Of a stretch of DNA of 64,000 nt, positions 9,944-21,943 are shown one piece after another. Both the position numbers and the translations under genes were made by a program. The stretch comes from Alphaproteobacteria bacterium (GTDB lineage: Bacteria; Pseudomonadota; Alphaproteobacteria; MPNO01; UBA830). The notes under the pieces are model-generated. The model saw only the letters and a program-made list of their open reading frames with translations, was not told the origin of the DNA and ran no database searches. Positions within the stretch are counted from its first letter, which is position 1. Every line of letters begins with the position of its first letter. Location of the stretch: assembly GCA_964291215.2 (NCBI GenBank), contig OZ219791.1:1408001-1472000 (forward strand), written 5' to 3'.

Positions 9944-11076
9944 TCAGGAAATCCCTGGCGCGGGAAACGCGCAGATCTTCCGCGCGACCTCGGAAACCAC
10001 GTTCCTTACCCATTTGTACGCAGGCGACCAGTGCGTTCGTGTTGTCCAGAACTGAAAAATGGCGACTTCGGTGTCGAACGGGCTCTCGCGGACGCGTAGA
10101 TCGCCGCCAACCCCGGACGCGAGACGCGACAGGATGGTCAGAACCAGGCCGGAACCTTCGACAATCCCGACAAGATCGACGGAGTTCGGCATCTCGACCG
10201 CAATATCGAGCGCTATTCCCTTGGCGGCCAAACTGTCCATGTAGAGCGGACGCCACCCGCCCTCGCGGGTGAGTGCCGCGTGCCGACAGTTCCTGTAGCG
10301 GTCAAGCGTGATCGCCCCTCGCGCCAGGGGGTGGTCGGCATCCACGATGCCACGACGATCCCATGCTAATTTGGAGACGCGAAATCCGAATGCGTTGGGG
10401 CTCGGCTCATCACAGATCGCCTCCTTGATCGCAATTTTCGTGCCAAGAAGGTCCCATCAAGCCTTGGCGGCACGATTGCAGCGCGACGCAAACTGAGAAA
10501 ATCTCGCCAATCGTCGTCGGATTAGCAGCGTGGGATCGCCGTGTCCACGATGCAGACGAACCTGTCTACCAGGAGCTTCTGCCGGTAGAGTCTCTCCGAC
10601 TCCGCCCGTCTCGGTGACAGCAGGATGTCGCATTCGCCGCCGCCCAGCTAGCGATGCCCCTGCAACAGCGACTGGACAATGCTGAGCCTGATGCCTGGCG
10701 CATCGCGCCGGATGACATGGGAGACCAGCACCGAACGCTCGTAGTGGTTGCAGGAGATCCTGATCGTTTCGGACGAGGTCGCCGGATCGAATGCGGCAGC
10801 GTGAAACAGCCCTTCTATGTGCTCGAGTATGTCGCCCGACGTATCGACGATCTGCCGGCAACGCACTGTCGGCTCAACTCCGCGGCCGGATCGCACGAAG
10901 AGCGGATCGTTGAAGGTCTCGCGCAGGCGGTTGAGCGTGTAGCTGATTGAGGACTGGTTCTGTCCAAGCTCGGCAGCCACGGCCGAGACCGATCCGCGGT
11001 CGTGAACCTGCTTGAGAATCGGGAGTGATCGGAAGTCGAGGCGCGAGTTATCGAAATTCGTTATGAAAGATATTTG
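9944..11076 (-). pseudogene. LysR-family regulator (NahR/DntR/LinR-like), disrupted by MITE and IS66
   Basis: HTH GSVSAVAAELGQNQSSISYTLNRLRETFNDPLFVR; C-terminal HPLARG..FW..RTHWSPAYKWVR; probable ATG displaced to 12586-12588. Confidence 0.9.
10351..10543 (-). mobile_element. 193-bp MITE (copy 2) with 10-bp TSD TCCACGATGC
   Basis: TCCACGATGC at 10341-10350 and 10544-10553. Confidence 0.93.
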
Positions 11077-12574
11077 GTATCTACTCACCCCTAGTTGGGT
11101 TCTGATTGGTCGTAGTGCTCGTTGATGATATCTGCGGCTTTTCCGTCGAGGGCGATCTGGGTGGCGACGTGATGATTGTAGCCGAGTGCGGCCATGGAGG
11201 TGAGGTAGCTTGAGCCCCGGCACCATGCTTTTGCGTGGAGCGGAAGCATCCGGACACCTTGACCTTTGCCATCCTGATCTTCTGTTCTCCGGCATTGTTG
11301 GTGAAGCTGACGTTGGGGTCGTCTGTGAAGCGCAGGTTTTCGTGTTCCACGAGACGTTCGTGCAGGTTGTGCGCGTTTGCGATGCGTTTTCCTTTCGTCG
11401 GGATGTCGGGCAGTTCCCTGGCGCCCTGATGGTGCGGTAGCGCTTGCGCACGGCGTCGTTCAGGGTTTTGGATGCGCTCTTGTTGACCTTGTGGCAGACC
11501 TCGCGGAGCAGGCTCTTCATCAGTCGCGCCCAGCGGTAGCCTCGACGACAAAGGTCAGTTCGCGCAGCAGGTGGCTACCGCACAGCTGGTGGCTACACTG
11601 GCCCATGTACGAGGCCCAGGACGCCCTTGTAGCACGGGCCGATCTCTTGCCCGCGCTTGCGGTGCGGGAACTTGCACGTCAGGGTCCCACGACATGGAGC
11701 CACTTACTGTTGATCCGAAATCGTCGACATCGGGCGTTGCAGGAGGTGCGCCACGGCGGCCTCCTCCCATGACGCATCGTGAAAGCATAGCCGAGGCCTC
11801 GGAGAGCTTGATGCCGGAGATCGCCTGCACGAGCGCGACAGCACGGCGCAGGGACAGCATTTGGGCGACCAGCAGGTTGATGACGAGGGCCTGGATGCCG
11901 ATGCCGTACTGCACGGGATGTTGTCGGGGAACCGGCCCTTGGTTCGAGCCTTGCACTTCGGGCATTCCTCGGCGTCGACGCGGCGCTCGACGACCTCGAA
12001 CACGATGTCATGCGGCGCTCCCGATCGACGGGGCCGTCGATGTCAGCGCCGCAGGCGTCGCAGGCCGCGACCGTTTCCTCGACGATGGCAGGTTGTCGCC
12101 CATCTACCGGTTCGGCTTCGGGCCCTTGCCGTTGCTTCCGGCACGCTCTTGTCCGTCTGTGACGGCGGCAGACCGGAGTTCCGGCTCGTGCGTGGTCTTC
12201 TCCAGAAGGACGACGATGAGGATGTCGAGCAGGATGACGAAGACGCGGATCACGGCCTCTTCCGCCACCTTGCCGGCAGCGCCTTGGCCGCTTCGAACCC
12301 CTCGCGCGCCGCCCGTCGCCATCACCCGGCCTTGCGCTTCATCAGCGCGCCGCCTCCGAGATGCGTTTCCACATACAGATCATGCGGAGGCTGGAGCCCC
12401 GGAAGCAGCTGGCACAGCCCGCTCGTCGCCTTCGATCCAAAGTAGCCCACTGGCGGTCCCCGTCGTTCTCGATTACCACCACTAAACGAATCGGCCTGCA
12501 ATGTCAAATCTCCACGAAAACCCGTTCGTTACTCTACCCCGACATCAAGCCGGAACCAGAGGGTGAGCAGTTAC
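11077..12574 (-). mobile_element. Degenerate IS66-family element (copy B), 8-bp TSD GATATTTG
   Basis: TIRs GTAACTGCTCACCC / GTATCTACTCACCC; TSD at 11069-11076 and 12575-12582; transposase remnants HQLCGSHLLREL, SFTNNAGEQKIRMAKVK; methyltransferase 5' remnant. Confidence 0.93.
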
Positions 12575-12651
12575 GATATTTGAAACATCGGATTGTCGAA
12601 TGCAATGGCCTGCCATACCGTGGCGCACCGAAAGAGCACAGGGAGGTTTCA

Positions 12652-13170
12652 ATGGATGAGTTCGCTGCAACCGATCGGAAGGCCCGGGTCTCGGGACCGC
12701 CTCGTTTCGACGGTATCGATCATGTCAGCTTTCCGTGCCGCGACCTCGAAGAGGGGATCCGGTTCTACCGGCACGTCCTCGGCGGCCGCCTGCTCGTGCA
12801 GGAGGACGCTTTCGCGATGTTCGATGTCTGCGGCGCGCATATCGGAATCGGATCGGTGGGCTGCACCTTCATTGAACCGGGCAACGAGTATCCCCACATG
12901 GGATTTACGTGTAGCGCCAAGGCGCTCCTCGCGATGAAGGACTGGCTCACCGCATGCGGCATCCCGACAACCGATCTATGGACGCGCCAGGGCGTCGAAG
13001 CGCTCATGTTCTTCCGCGATCCGTCGGGAAACGTCATCGAGCTTTTCTGCCACGAAGGCTACGAGGACCCGTCAAGCCTGTCGCGGGGTCCGGCGCGCGG
13101 TCACGGGACGACGGTCGACATTGACGCCATCACCTATTCGGAGTGGCGGCTCCCCGCCGGTTTCGAATAG
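12652..13170 (+). CDS. VOC (glyoxalase/dioxygenase) family protein
   Basis: GGGAGG RBS; IDHVSFPCRDLEEGIRFY, FFRDPSGNVIEL. Confidence 0.9.
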   Translation: MDEFAATDRKARVSGPPRFDGIDHVSFPCRDLEEGIRFYRHVLGGRLLVQEDAFAMFDVCGAHIGIGSVGCTFIEPGNEYPHMGFTCSAKALLAMKDWLTACGIPTTDLWTRQGVEALMFFRDPSGNVIELFCHEGYEDPSSLSRGPARGHGTTVDIDAITYSEWRLPAGFE

Positions 13171-13187
13171 GCGCAAGCACCCTGGCA

Positions 13188-14186
13188 ATGCTCATCCAGA
13201 AGGCGGGAGTGATGTTCCACGATCCGAGCCGGTCGACGCCCGGCTACACGCTCTTCTCCCGCACGCAGAGCAGCGACGTCTACCTTGTCGACCTCGACGG
13301 GCGTGTGGTCAGGCAATGGGAAACCGGCGGCGGTTCGACCCATTTCTCCTGTCTGCTTGCCAATGGAAACCTCTGGGTCTGCGAGCGCGTCGAAGACGCA
13401 CCCCCGATCATGGCCGGTCCGGGCGGCCGGATGCGCGAATATGACTGGGAGAGCAACGTCGTCTGAGAACATGTCGACCGGATGCAGCATCACGACGCAC
13501 GGCGGCTGGAGAACGGCGGCGCAGCCTACATCGCCTGGGAGCGCCCGGACGGCATGCTCGGCGAGGCGGTCCGGGAGGTCGTCGCGGACGGGAACCTCGT
13601 CTGGGAGTGGCGGATCACCGACCTCGACATCAAGCGGTACCCGCTGCACCGAAACGCGTCGCGGGCGATCTACGGGCACTGCAACACGCTCGACATGCTC
13701 CCCGCCGGCGACTATCTTCTGAGCTTCAAGACCCTCAACCTGCTGATCATTCTCGACCGCGGGACCGGCAATGTCAGATGGGCGTTCCAGAACGACGATC
13801 TCGGCGGCCAGCACGACGCCCAGATGATCGGCAACGGAAACATGCTGGTGTTCGCCAACGGCGTCTACTCGCAGGACCTCCACTTCTCTTCTGTCTGGGA
13901 GATTGAGCCCGCAAGCTGCGAAGTGGTCTGGCGCTACCGGGCCAAGCGCAACGCCTGTTCGTTCTACAGCCCCCATATCAGCGGCTGCCAGCGCCTGTCC
14001 GGTGGCAACACGCTGATCTGCGAGGGTGCAAAGGGAACCATCTTTGAGGTTGCCCCTGACTGTGACGTGGTGTGGGAGTATGTCTGCCCCTACTGGGGCG
14101 CACACCCCAATCTCGGCGAAGTCAATTCCATATTCCGTGCACGCAGATATGCCGCGGATTCCCCGGAAATCCGGAACCGGGTCTGA
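13188..14186 (+). pseudogene. Arylsulfotransferase (ASST) family, in-frame TGA at 13464-13466
   Basis: EYDWESNVV*EH, QHHDARRLENG, HCNT, GQHDA, SGCQRLSGGNTLICEG, VVWEY; both ORF pieces share one frame. Confidence 0.85.
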
Positions 14187-14327
14187 CTTCGCCGCCGCTG
14201 GCCGATCCCGCCAGCGGAGATCGAGACCTCGATCGCTTCCACTCCCGCGGCAGCTCCCGGCTGCAGCGTCCTGTTGGCCGTGGCGGAGTGCGCGGATATG
14301 ATGATTCGCCACCACAGGAGGCAGCAA

Positions 14328-15188
14328 ATGTCATCGGACGCACCGACGGTCCGGCTTGACGCCGACGGGAAACCGCTTGGCTTCATCGACCATCCGGGAG
14401 AGTACAGGACCATAAGGTTCGAGATCGCGGACGAGGGAACCGGACTCCTGACCCTCGACCGGCCGGACAAGCTGAACGCATTCGACGAGCGGATGATCAG
14501 CGAGATCCGCTCCGTGGTCTGGAAGATCGCGTTTGACGAAACCATCCGCGTCCTCATCATCACCGGCGCCGGACGGGCCTTCTGTTCGGGCCGCGATATT
14601 CTCGGCCTCGGTTACGAAAACAACCTGCCTTCTCCCCAGTACCGCGCCTATGTGCGCGCCAACCACGAAATGCTCGACGACCTTGAGAACCTCGAGAAGC
14701 CGGTGATCTCGATGGTCAACGGCGTCTGCGCCGGCGGCGGCGTCGAGATCGCGGCGGCCAGCGACTTTCGCATCGCCTCCGAACGCGCCGAGTTCATCCT
14801 CACGGAGAACAATATCGGCGTCATACCCGCCTCTGGCGCGGCCTCGCGCATGATCGAGATGATCGGAATCGGACGCCTCAAGGAAATGATGATGACCACC
14901 CTACCCGTCCCGGTCGATGTCGCCGAGCGCTGGGGCTTGGTCAACCGCGTGTTCGCGCCCGACGGGCTGATGGACGGCACGCTGGCGTTCGCGCGCGTGC
15001 TCCGCGAACGCGCGCCGCTGGCGCTTGGCATGGCGAAGCACATCATCAACACCTGCCGCAACACCGACACCGAGACCGGCCGCCTGATCGAGCGCCTGGG
15101 CCAGTCCGTTCTCATTCCGACGGCCGACGCGCGCGAGGGCAACGCCGCCTTCCGCGAGAAGCGCAAGCCCGAATGGAGTGGCCGATGA
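14328..15188 (+). CDS. Enoyl-CoA hydratase/isomerase
   Basis: LDRPDKLNA, GRAFCSGRD, GVCAGGGVEI; AGGAGG RBS. Confidence 0.93.
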   Translation: MSSDAPTVRLDADGKPLGFIDHPGEYRTIRFEIADEGTGLLTLDRPDKLNAFDERMISEIRSVVWKIAFDETIRVLIITGAGRAFCSGRDILGLGYENNLPSPQYRAYVRANHEMLDDLENLEKPVISMVNGVCAGGGVEIAAASDFRIASERAEFILTENNIGVIPASGAASRMIEMIGIGRLKEMMMTTLPVPVDVAERWGLVNRVFAPDGLMDGTLAFARVLRERAPLALGMAKHIINTCRNTDTETGRLIERLGQSVLIPTADAREGNAAFREKRKPEWSGR

Positions 15189-15266
15189 CCGCCGCCGGGG
15201 CAGGCGACCCGAAATCTTGCGATACCGGACCGAAGTGCCCGGCAGTCGGCGCGAGGTGAGTGCGCG

Positions 15267-15638
15267 ATGCTCGAAAACCTCCCCAATCTCGTGAATGCCG
15301 ACCGGAACCTGGTTCGCCTCGGGCGCCACCTGAACGCAACCTTCCTGTTCGCGGCCGGCAGAGAGGAATGGCTGATCCCGGTTGAGCGCGGCATGATCGG
15401 AACCGTCAGGGAAGGCTTCGGCCCCATGAACTCGTGGCGATTCGCGATCCGCGTCGACAGCGCTGCCTGGGAGCGGTTCCGGGCGCCGATCCCGCAGCCG
15501 GGTTATCACGACATCTTCGCTATGACCAAGGCCGGCGAAGCCGTCGTCGAGGGAGACCTCCAGCCCTTCATGGCCAACCTGCGCTACGTCAAGGAAGTTC
15601 TCGACAAGGCCCGGGCATGTGGCGGAAACCGGATATGA
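15267..15638 (+). CDS. Conserved hypothetical protein (possible SCP2-like fold)
   Basis: GAGGTG RBS; VEGDLQPFMANLRYVKEVL; ATGA overlap with next gene. Confidence 0.75.
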   Translation: MLENLPNLVNADRNLVRLGRHLNATFLFAAGREEWLIPVERGMIGTVREGFGPMNSWRFAIRVDSAAWERFRAPIPQPGYHDIFAMTKAGEAVVEGDLQPFMANLRYVKEVLDKARACGGNRI

Positions 15639-16483
15639 AGGGGCACCTCGAAGGAATCGTGGGGCGCTACGTCCATTTCGAGATCGGCGAGCGGCCGCAC
15701 CGGGTGTACTTCGAGGAGGCAGGCAACGGCATTCCGCTCCTCTGCCTGCATACCGCCGGCTCGGACGCGACGCAGTACCGGCATCTCATGACCGACGACA
15801 GGATCACGCAAGCCTTCCGCGTGATCGCCTTCGACATGCCGTGGCACGGCAAATCCCTGCCCCCGGCCGGCTACCACGAGACCGAGTACCGGCTCACGAC
15901 CGATCTCTATGCCGAAACCGTACGCGCCTTCTGCGCCGCGCTCGATCTCGACCCGCCGGCCGTTCTCGGCTGCTCGATGGGTGGGCGAATCGTCCTCCAT
16001 CTGGCGGCGGGCTGGCCAGACGAGTTCCGCGCAGTGATCGGCGTCGAGGCGGCGGACCATCAGGATCCATGGTACGACCGTGAGTGGCTGCACCGCTCCG
16101 ACATGCATGGCGGAGAAGTCTCTGCGGCCCTGATTTCCGGCCTCGTCGCGCCCCAGAGCCCGGACGAATGCCGCTGGGAAACGCTCTGGGGCTATCTCGC
16201 AGGCGGGCCGGGCGTGTTCAAGGGCGACCTCCACTTCTACCGCGCCGATTCCGACTACCGCGACCGGGTCGCCGCCATCGATCCCGCGAGGTGTCCGGTC
16301 TATCTGCTGACCGGCGAATACGACTTTTCCTGCACGCCCGAGGACACGCGGCGGACGGCGGCGAAGATCGGCGTCGAAGCCGTCATCATGAAGGAGCTGG
16401 GCCACTTCCCGATGTCGGAGAATCCGGCCCGCTTCCGCGAATACGTCATGCCTGTGCTCGACCGGATCGCCGCCGACGGCTGA
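15635..16483 (+). CDS. Alpha/beta hydrolase
   Basis: LHTAG, DMPWHG, GCSMGG nucleophile elbow, GEYD, GHFPMSE. Confidence 0.92.
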   Translation: MKGHLEGIVGRYVHFEIGERPHRVYFEEAGNGIPLLCLHTAGSDATQYRHLMTDDRITQAFRVIAFDMPWHGKSLPPAGYHETEYRLTTDLYAETVRAFCAALDLDPPAVLGCSMGGRIVLHLAAGWPDEFRAVIGVEAADHQDPWYDREWLHRSDMHGGEVSAALISGLVAPQSPDECRWETLWGYLAGGPGVFKGDLHFYRADSDYRDRVAAIDPARCPVYLLTGEYDFSCTPEDTRRTAAKIGVEAVIMKELGHFPMSENPARFREYVMPVLDRIAADG

Positions 16484-16594
16484 GCCCCGCCCGCCGGGAT
16501 TCCTGCACGGTCTCCGGAGGCGCATTGAAACGCGCCGCCGCAGGATGCACTATGCACGGAACCAGCATGCCAACGAAGCAGGGGACAGGAGACC

Positions 16595-17704
<1,110 letters not shown>

Positions 17705-17756
17705 ACCGGACCGCCGGCGGTGCCGGCTCGGCCATCGGGAGCAGCTATTCCGGACC

Positions 17757-19058
17757 ATGTTGAGCAGAAAACAGAACGAGTTGGCAACCCGCATCGGCCC
17801 GGGCACCGGTTGCGGCAGGCTGATGCGGCAGTACTGGCAGCCGGCGGCCCTGGCCGAAGAGCTGCCGGACGACCGCCCGGTGCGGCCGGTGCGTCTGCTC
17901 GGCGAGGATCTTGTCCTCTACCGCGGCGAGGACGGCGGCCACGGGCTGGTCGGCCGCAGTTGCCCCCACCGCGGCGCCGATCTCTCCTACGGCCGCCTCG
18001 AGGATGGCGGGCTGCGCTGCACGTTCCACGGCTGGCTGTTCGACGCCGGCGGCAGATGCCTAGAGCAGCCAGCCGAACCCGAGGGCAGCCGCTTCCACAC
18101 CAGGATCCGGCATACCGCCTATCCGTGCACCGAACGCAACGGCATCGTCTTCGCCTACATGGGCGACGGCGATCCGCCGCCACTGCCGGATTTCGACTGC
18201 TTTGTCGCGCCGGACGAATTCACGTTCGCCTTCAAGGGCTTCCTCGAATGCAACTGGCTGCAGGCGTTGGAAGTCGGAATCGATCCTGCGCACGCTTCGT
18301 TCCTTCACCGCTTCTTCGAGGACGGAAACCCTGAAGAAGGCTACGGCCAGCAATTCCGCAACGAGATCGCGGAGATTCCCGTCACCCGGCTCATGCGTGA
18401 ATTCCCCTGTCCCGAGATCCACATCGACGATACCGACTACGGCCTGCGGCTGACGGCGCTCCGCCATATCGGCGGCGGGCGGATACATGTCCGCGTGACC
18501 AACCAGATGTTCCCGAACGCCATCGTCATACCCATGTCCGGCGACATCAACGTCACCCAGTGGCACGTCCCGATAGACGACACGACATGCTGGTGGTACG
18601 CGATATTCTCGGCGTTTGACGGTCGGGTGAACAAGCGCCGCATGCGCGAACAGCGGCTCGAACTCTACACGCTCCCCGACTACCGGCCGCGCCTCAATCG
18701 CGCCAACGGCTACGGGTTCGACCCCGGCGAACAGCGGGACGCGACCTATACCGGCATGGGGCACGACATCAACGTCCATGACCAGTGGGCTGTGGAGTCC
18801 CCGGGCCCGATCGCCGACCGGTCCGCGGAGCATCTCGGCGCCTCGGACAAGGGCATCATTGCCTACCGGCGCAAGCTTCTCGGCGCCATCGGCGGCCTCA
18901 ACGAGGATGCCCGGCCGCCGATGACGGACGGCTCTGCAGGCGCGTTGCGCGGGCCCGCGGCGATCGACACGGTCGCGCCGGCAACGGACTGGGAGGAAGC
19001 GTGGCAGACGGCCGAGGCGGCGCGGCGCGACCGCTCTCCCTGGGCGCCCCCGCTGTGA
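17757..19058 (+). CDS. Rieske non-heme iron oxygenase alpha subunit (phthalate dioxygenase/LigX-like group)
   Basis: CPHRG..CTFHGW Rieske motif; EVGIDPAHASFLH mononuclear Fe site. Confidence 0.93.
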   Translation: MLSRKQNELATRIGPGTGCGRLMRQYWQPAALAEELPDDRPVRPVRLLGEDLVLYRGEDGGHGLVGRSCPHRGADLSYGRLEDGGLRCTFHGWLFDAGGRCLEQPAEPEGSRFHTRIRHTAYPCTERNGIVFAYMGDGDPPPLPDFDCFVAPDEFTFAFKGFLECNWLQALEVGIDPAHASFLHRFFEDGNPEEGYGQQFRNEIAEIPVTRLMREFPCPEIHIDDTDYGLRLTALRHIGGGRIHVRVTNQMFPNAIVIPMSGDINVTQWHVPIDDTTCWWYAIFSAFDGRVNKRRMREQRLELYTLPDYRPRLNRANGYGFDPGEQRDATYTGMGHDINVHDQWAVESPGPIADRSAEHLGASDKGIIAYRRKLLGAIGGLNEDARPPMTDGSAGALRGPAAIDTVAPATDWEEAWQTAEAARRDRSPWAPPL

Positions 19059-20515
19059 GCACGGGAACCTCGGGCCGCACGGCGCTCGTCGAGAAACACG
19101 GCCTCTGGAGCGACGACGACCATCTCAGGGGCGCCGAGGTACTCAAGCAGATAGAGCGTCAGCAGCTCGATGTCGTGCGCCTGTCCTTCGCCGACCAGCA
19201 CGGCATCCTGCGCGGCAAGACCCTAGTCGCAGGCGAAATCCCGGGCGCCATGCGCAACGGCTGCACGATGACCACGACGCTGCTTGCCAAGGACACATCG
19301 CACAGGACGGTCTATCCGATATTCACCGAGGGCGGCGGATTCGGCATGGACGAGATGACCGGCGGCGGTGATTTCGTCATGATCCCCGATCCCCGCACCT
19401 TCAGAATTCTGCCGTGGGCGCCGGGAACCGGATGGATGCTGTGCGACATCCACTTTCCGGATGGCTCGCCAGTGCCTTTCTCCACCAGGCGCATATGCCG
19501 CCAGGCAGTCGATCGGCTCGCGGAACGGGGGCACGACTTCGTGGCCGGACTCGAGGTTGAATTCCACCTCTTTGCGGTCGAGGACGCGAAACTTGCCCCC
19601 GAGGACGCAATGCAGCCCGGCGCGCCGCCGGAGGTCACGCTGCTCGCCCAGGGTTTCCAATACCTGACCGAGCAGCGCGCCGACGAGCTCGATCCGGCGC
19701 TCGAGATCATTCGCAAGAACATCCTCGAACTCGGACTGCCGCTGCGCTCGCTCGAGGTGGAGTTCGGCCCGAGTCAGGTCGAGGCGACCTTCCAGCCCGG
19801 CACCGGGCTCGCGCCAGCGGACCTGATGGTGCTGTTCCGGAGCGCGGTCAAGCAGACGGCGCGGCGCCACGGGCTGCACGCGACGTTCATGTGCCGGCCC
19901 AACATCCCCAACTTGTTCTCGAGCGGCTGGCACCTTCACCAGTCGCTGACCGACCGCACGACCGGCGCCAATGCCTTCGCGCCGGCCGACGACGGCGAAC
20001 TCCTGTCGGCGACGGGGCGGCAATACGTTGCCGGCCTCCTGCACCATGCGCGGGCGGCCTCCGTGTTCACCACGCCGACGGTAAACGGCTACAAGCGCTT
20101 CCAGCCGTTCTCGCTGGCGCCGGACCGCGCCGCGTGGTCGGGCGACAACCGGGGCGCCATGATCCGGGTGCTGGCGGCGAAGGACGATCCCGGGTCGCGG
20201 ATCGAGAACCGGATCGGCGAGCCAGCGGCCAATCCCTATCTCTACATCGCGTCTCAGATCCATTCCGGCATCGACGGGCTCGAGAAGGAGCTGGTTCCGG
20301 AGGCCGAAACCGACACGCCCTACGACGCGAACGGAGAGAAACTCCCCGCGAGCCTCATGGAAGCAGTGTCGGAACTGCGCCACAGCACGATGTTTCGCGA
20401 CGCCATGGGCGACCGCTTCATCGACTACATTACGGCCATCAAGGAGGCCGAGATCTCCCGGTTCCTGTCGACGGTCACGGACTGGGAACACCGGGAGTAT
20501 TTCTGGATCTTCTGA
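19055..20515 (+). CDS. Glutamine synthetase-like (gamma-glutamyl ligase) protein
   Basis: GTGA overlap; GLEVEFH, SSGWHLHQS, DNRGAMIRV, IENRIGEPAANPYL. Confidence 0.93.
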   Translation: MSTGTSGRTALVEKHGLWSDDDHLRGAEVLKQIERQQLDVVRLSFADQHGILRGKTLVAGEIPGAMRNGCTMTTTLLAKDTSHRTVYPIFTEGGGFGMDEMTGGGDFVMIPDPRTFRILPWAPGTGWMLCDIHFPDGSPVPFSTRRICRQAVDRLAERGHDFVAGLEVEFHLFAVEDAKLAPEDAMQPGAPPEVTLLAQGFQYLTEQRADELDPALEIIRKNILELGLPLRSLEVEFGPSQVEATFQPGTGLAPADLMVLFRSAVKQTARRHGLHATFMCRPNIPNLFSSGWHLHQSLTDRTTGANAFAPADDGELLSATGRQYVAGLLHHARAASVFTTPTVNGYKRFQPFSLAPDRAAWSGDNRGAMIRVLAAKDDPGSRIENRIGEPAANPYLYIASQIHSGIDGLEKELVPEAETDTPYDANGEKLPASLMEAVSELRHSTMFRDAMGDRFIDYITAIKEAEISRFLSTVTDWEHREYFWIF

Positions 20516-20652
20516 GAGACCGCGCCGCGCCCGCCGGTCCTGGCATCCGGCGGCAATCACGAGAAGAGACCGCGTCGGATCCGCGGGCGCGGCAGGAACG
20601 GGGCGGATCGTGACACCACCGCCGATAGCGTACGCACGGGATAGCAACCGAA

Positions 20653-21906
20653 ATGGCATCCACCTCCTGGCTCGGCGGCGTCGCGGTCGCCATGGCCAAC
20701 CGCAACTACCGGATCTTCACGATCGGCGCCATCCCGTCACTGATCGGGACATGGATACAGCGCATGGCGGTCGGCTGGCTTGCCTGGGAGCTCACGGAGT
20801 CGGGAACGTGGCTCGGGCTCGTGGCCTTTGCCGACCTTGCGCCGACCGTAGTCGTCGCGCCGATCGCCGGCGCGTTCGCCGATCGCGTTGACCGACTGAT
20901 GATGGTCCGAGTCGTGCAGTATTCCAACATGATCCAGGCCGCGACCCTGGCCTTCTTCACGCTGACCGGCCTGATCACGATTGAGCTGCTGTTCGTCCTC
21001 GCGCTGTTCCAGGGCTCGATACAGGGACTTCACCAGCCGTTCCGCCAGGCCCTGATCGGCACCATCGTCGACCGCAGCGAGATCACATCGGCAATCGGCA
21101 TCAACTCGACGATCTGGAACACCTCACGGCTCATAGGGCCGGCCATCAGCGCGGCGATCATTCTCTACATAGGGGTCGGGTTCACGTTTCTCGTAAACGC
21201 GTTCAGCTACGTGCCGATGCTGGTCGGGCTCTACATGATGAGGGTGCCGCGACCACCGCGAATTTCCAGATCCATCGCCAGCTTGCCCGCCGAGATCATG
21301 GAAGGCGTACACCATGTCGCCGGGCACCGCATGATGGGTCCGCTCCTGATTCTCCTGTTCTCGTTCTCGTTCTTCGGCCGCGCCACCGCCGAACTGCTGC
21401 CCGGATTCGCCGGCGCCGTCTTCGACGCCGGCGCCGAGGGTCTGGCGATCCTCACCAGCGGCGCCGGGCTGGGGTCGCTGTTTTCGGGCATCTGGCTTTC
21501 GCGGCGGGGACGCCTCCACGGCCTCGGCGACATTCTCGTCGCCATGATCCTGCTGATCGGAATCACCCAGATCGCCTTCATCTCCACCGACCGGCTCGAG
21601 GTGGCGGCAGCCATCTTCATCGGCTGGGGTTTCCTGCTCAACGCGGCCGGAATAACGGTGCAGTCGCTCATTCAGGCCGATGTCCCCGACTCCATCCGTG
21701 GCCGCGTGGTCAGCCTCTACGGGATATTGTGGCTCGGCTGCCCGTCGGTCGGAGCCTTCGTCATGGGAGCGGCTGCCGATTTCATCGGTTTCCGCTGGCC
21801 GGTCGCGCTCGGGGCGGTGGTCTTGTTGGCGGCGTTCTGCTGGAGCCTGTCGCAACGCCGGATGTTCCGCGAGGAGATCCGCCGCATGACCGAGAGCGGC
21901 GTCTGA
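20653..21906 (+). CDS. MFS transporter (DHA3/MFS_3 type)
   Basis: GTWIQRMAVGWLAWELT, GAFADRVDR, IRGRVVSLY. Confidence 0.92.
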   Translation: MASTSWLGGVAVAMANRNYRIFTIGAIPSLIGTWIQRMAVGWLAWELTESGTWLGLVAFADLAPTVVVAPIAGAFADRVDRLMMVRVVQYSNMIQAATLAFFTLTGLITIELLFVLALFQGSIQGLHQPFRQALIGTIVDRSEITSAIGINSTIWNTSRLIGPAISAAIILYIGVGFTFLVNAFSYVPMLVGLYMMRVPRPPRISRSIASLPAEIMEGVHHVAGHRMMGPLLILLFSFSFFGRATAELLPGFAGAVFDAGAEGLAILTSGAGLGSLFSGIWLSRRGRLHGLGDILVAMILLIGITQIAFISTDRLEVAAAIFIGWGFLLNAAGITVQSLIQADVPDSIRGRVVSLYGILWLGCPSVGAFVMGAAADFIGFRWPVALGAVVLLAAFCWSLSQRRMFREEIRRMTESGV

Positions 21907-21943
21907 TCGGGCGTCCTCGGGGCGCCTGCTCGGCGTCGCGGCG

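Noticed and set aside
13464-13466. In-frame TGA at a conserved Trp position, suggesting recoding or an alternative genetic code
   Set aside because: TGA ends many intact genes here and Trp is TGG elsewhere; a single nonsense mutation or read error is simpler.
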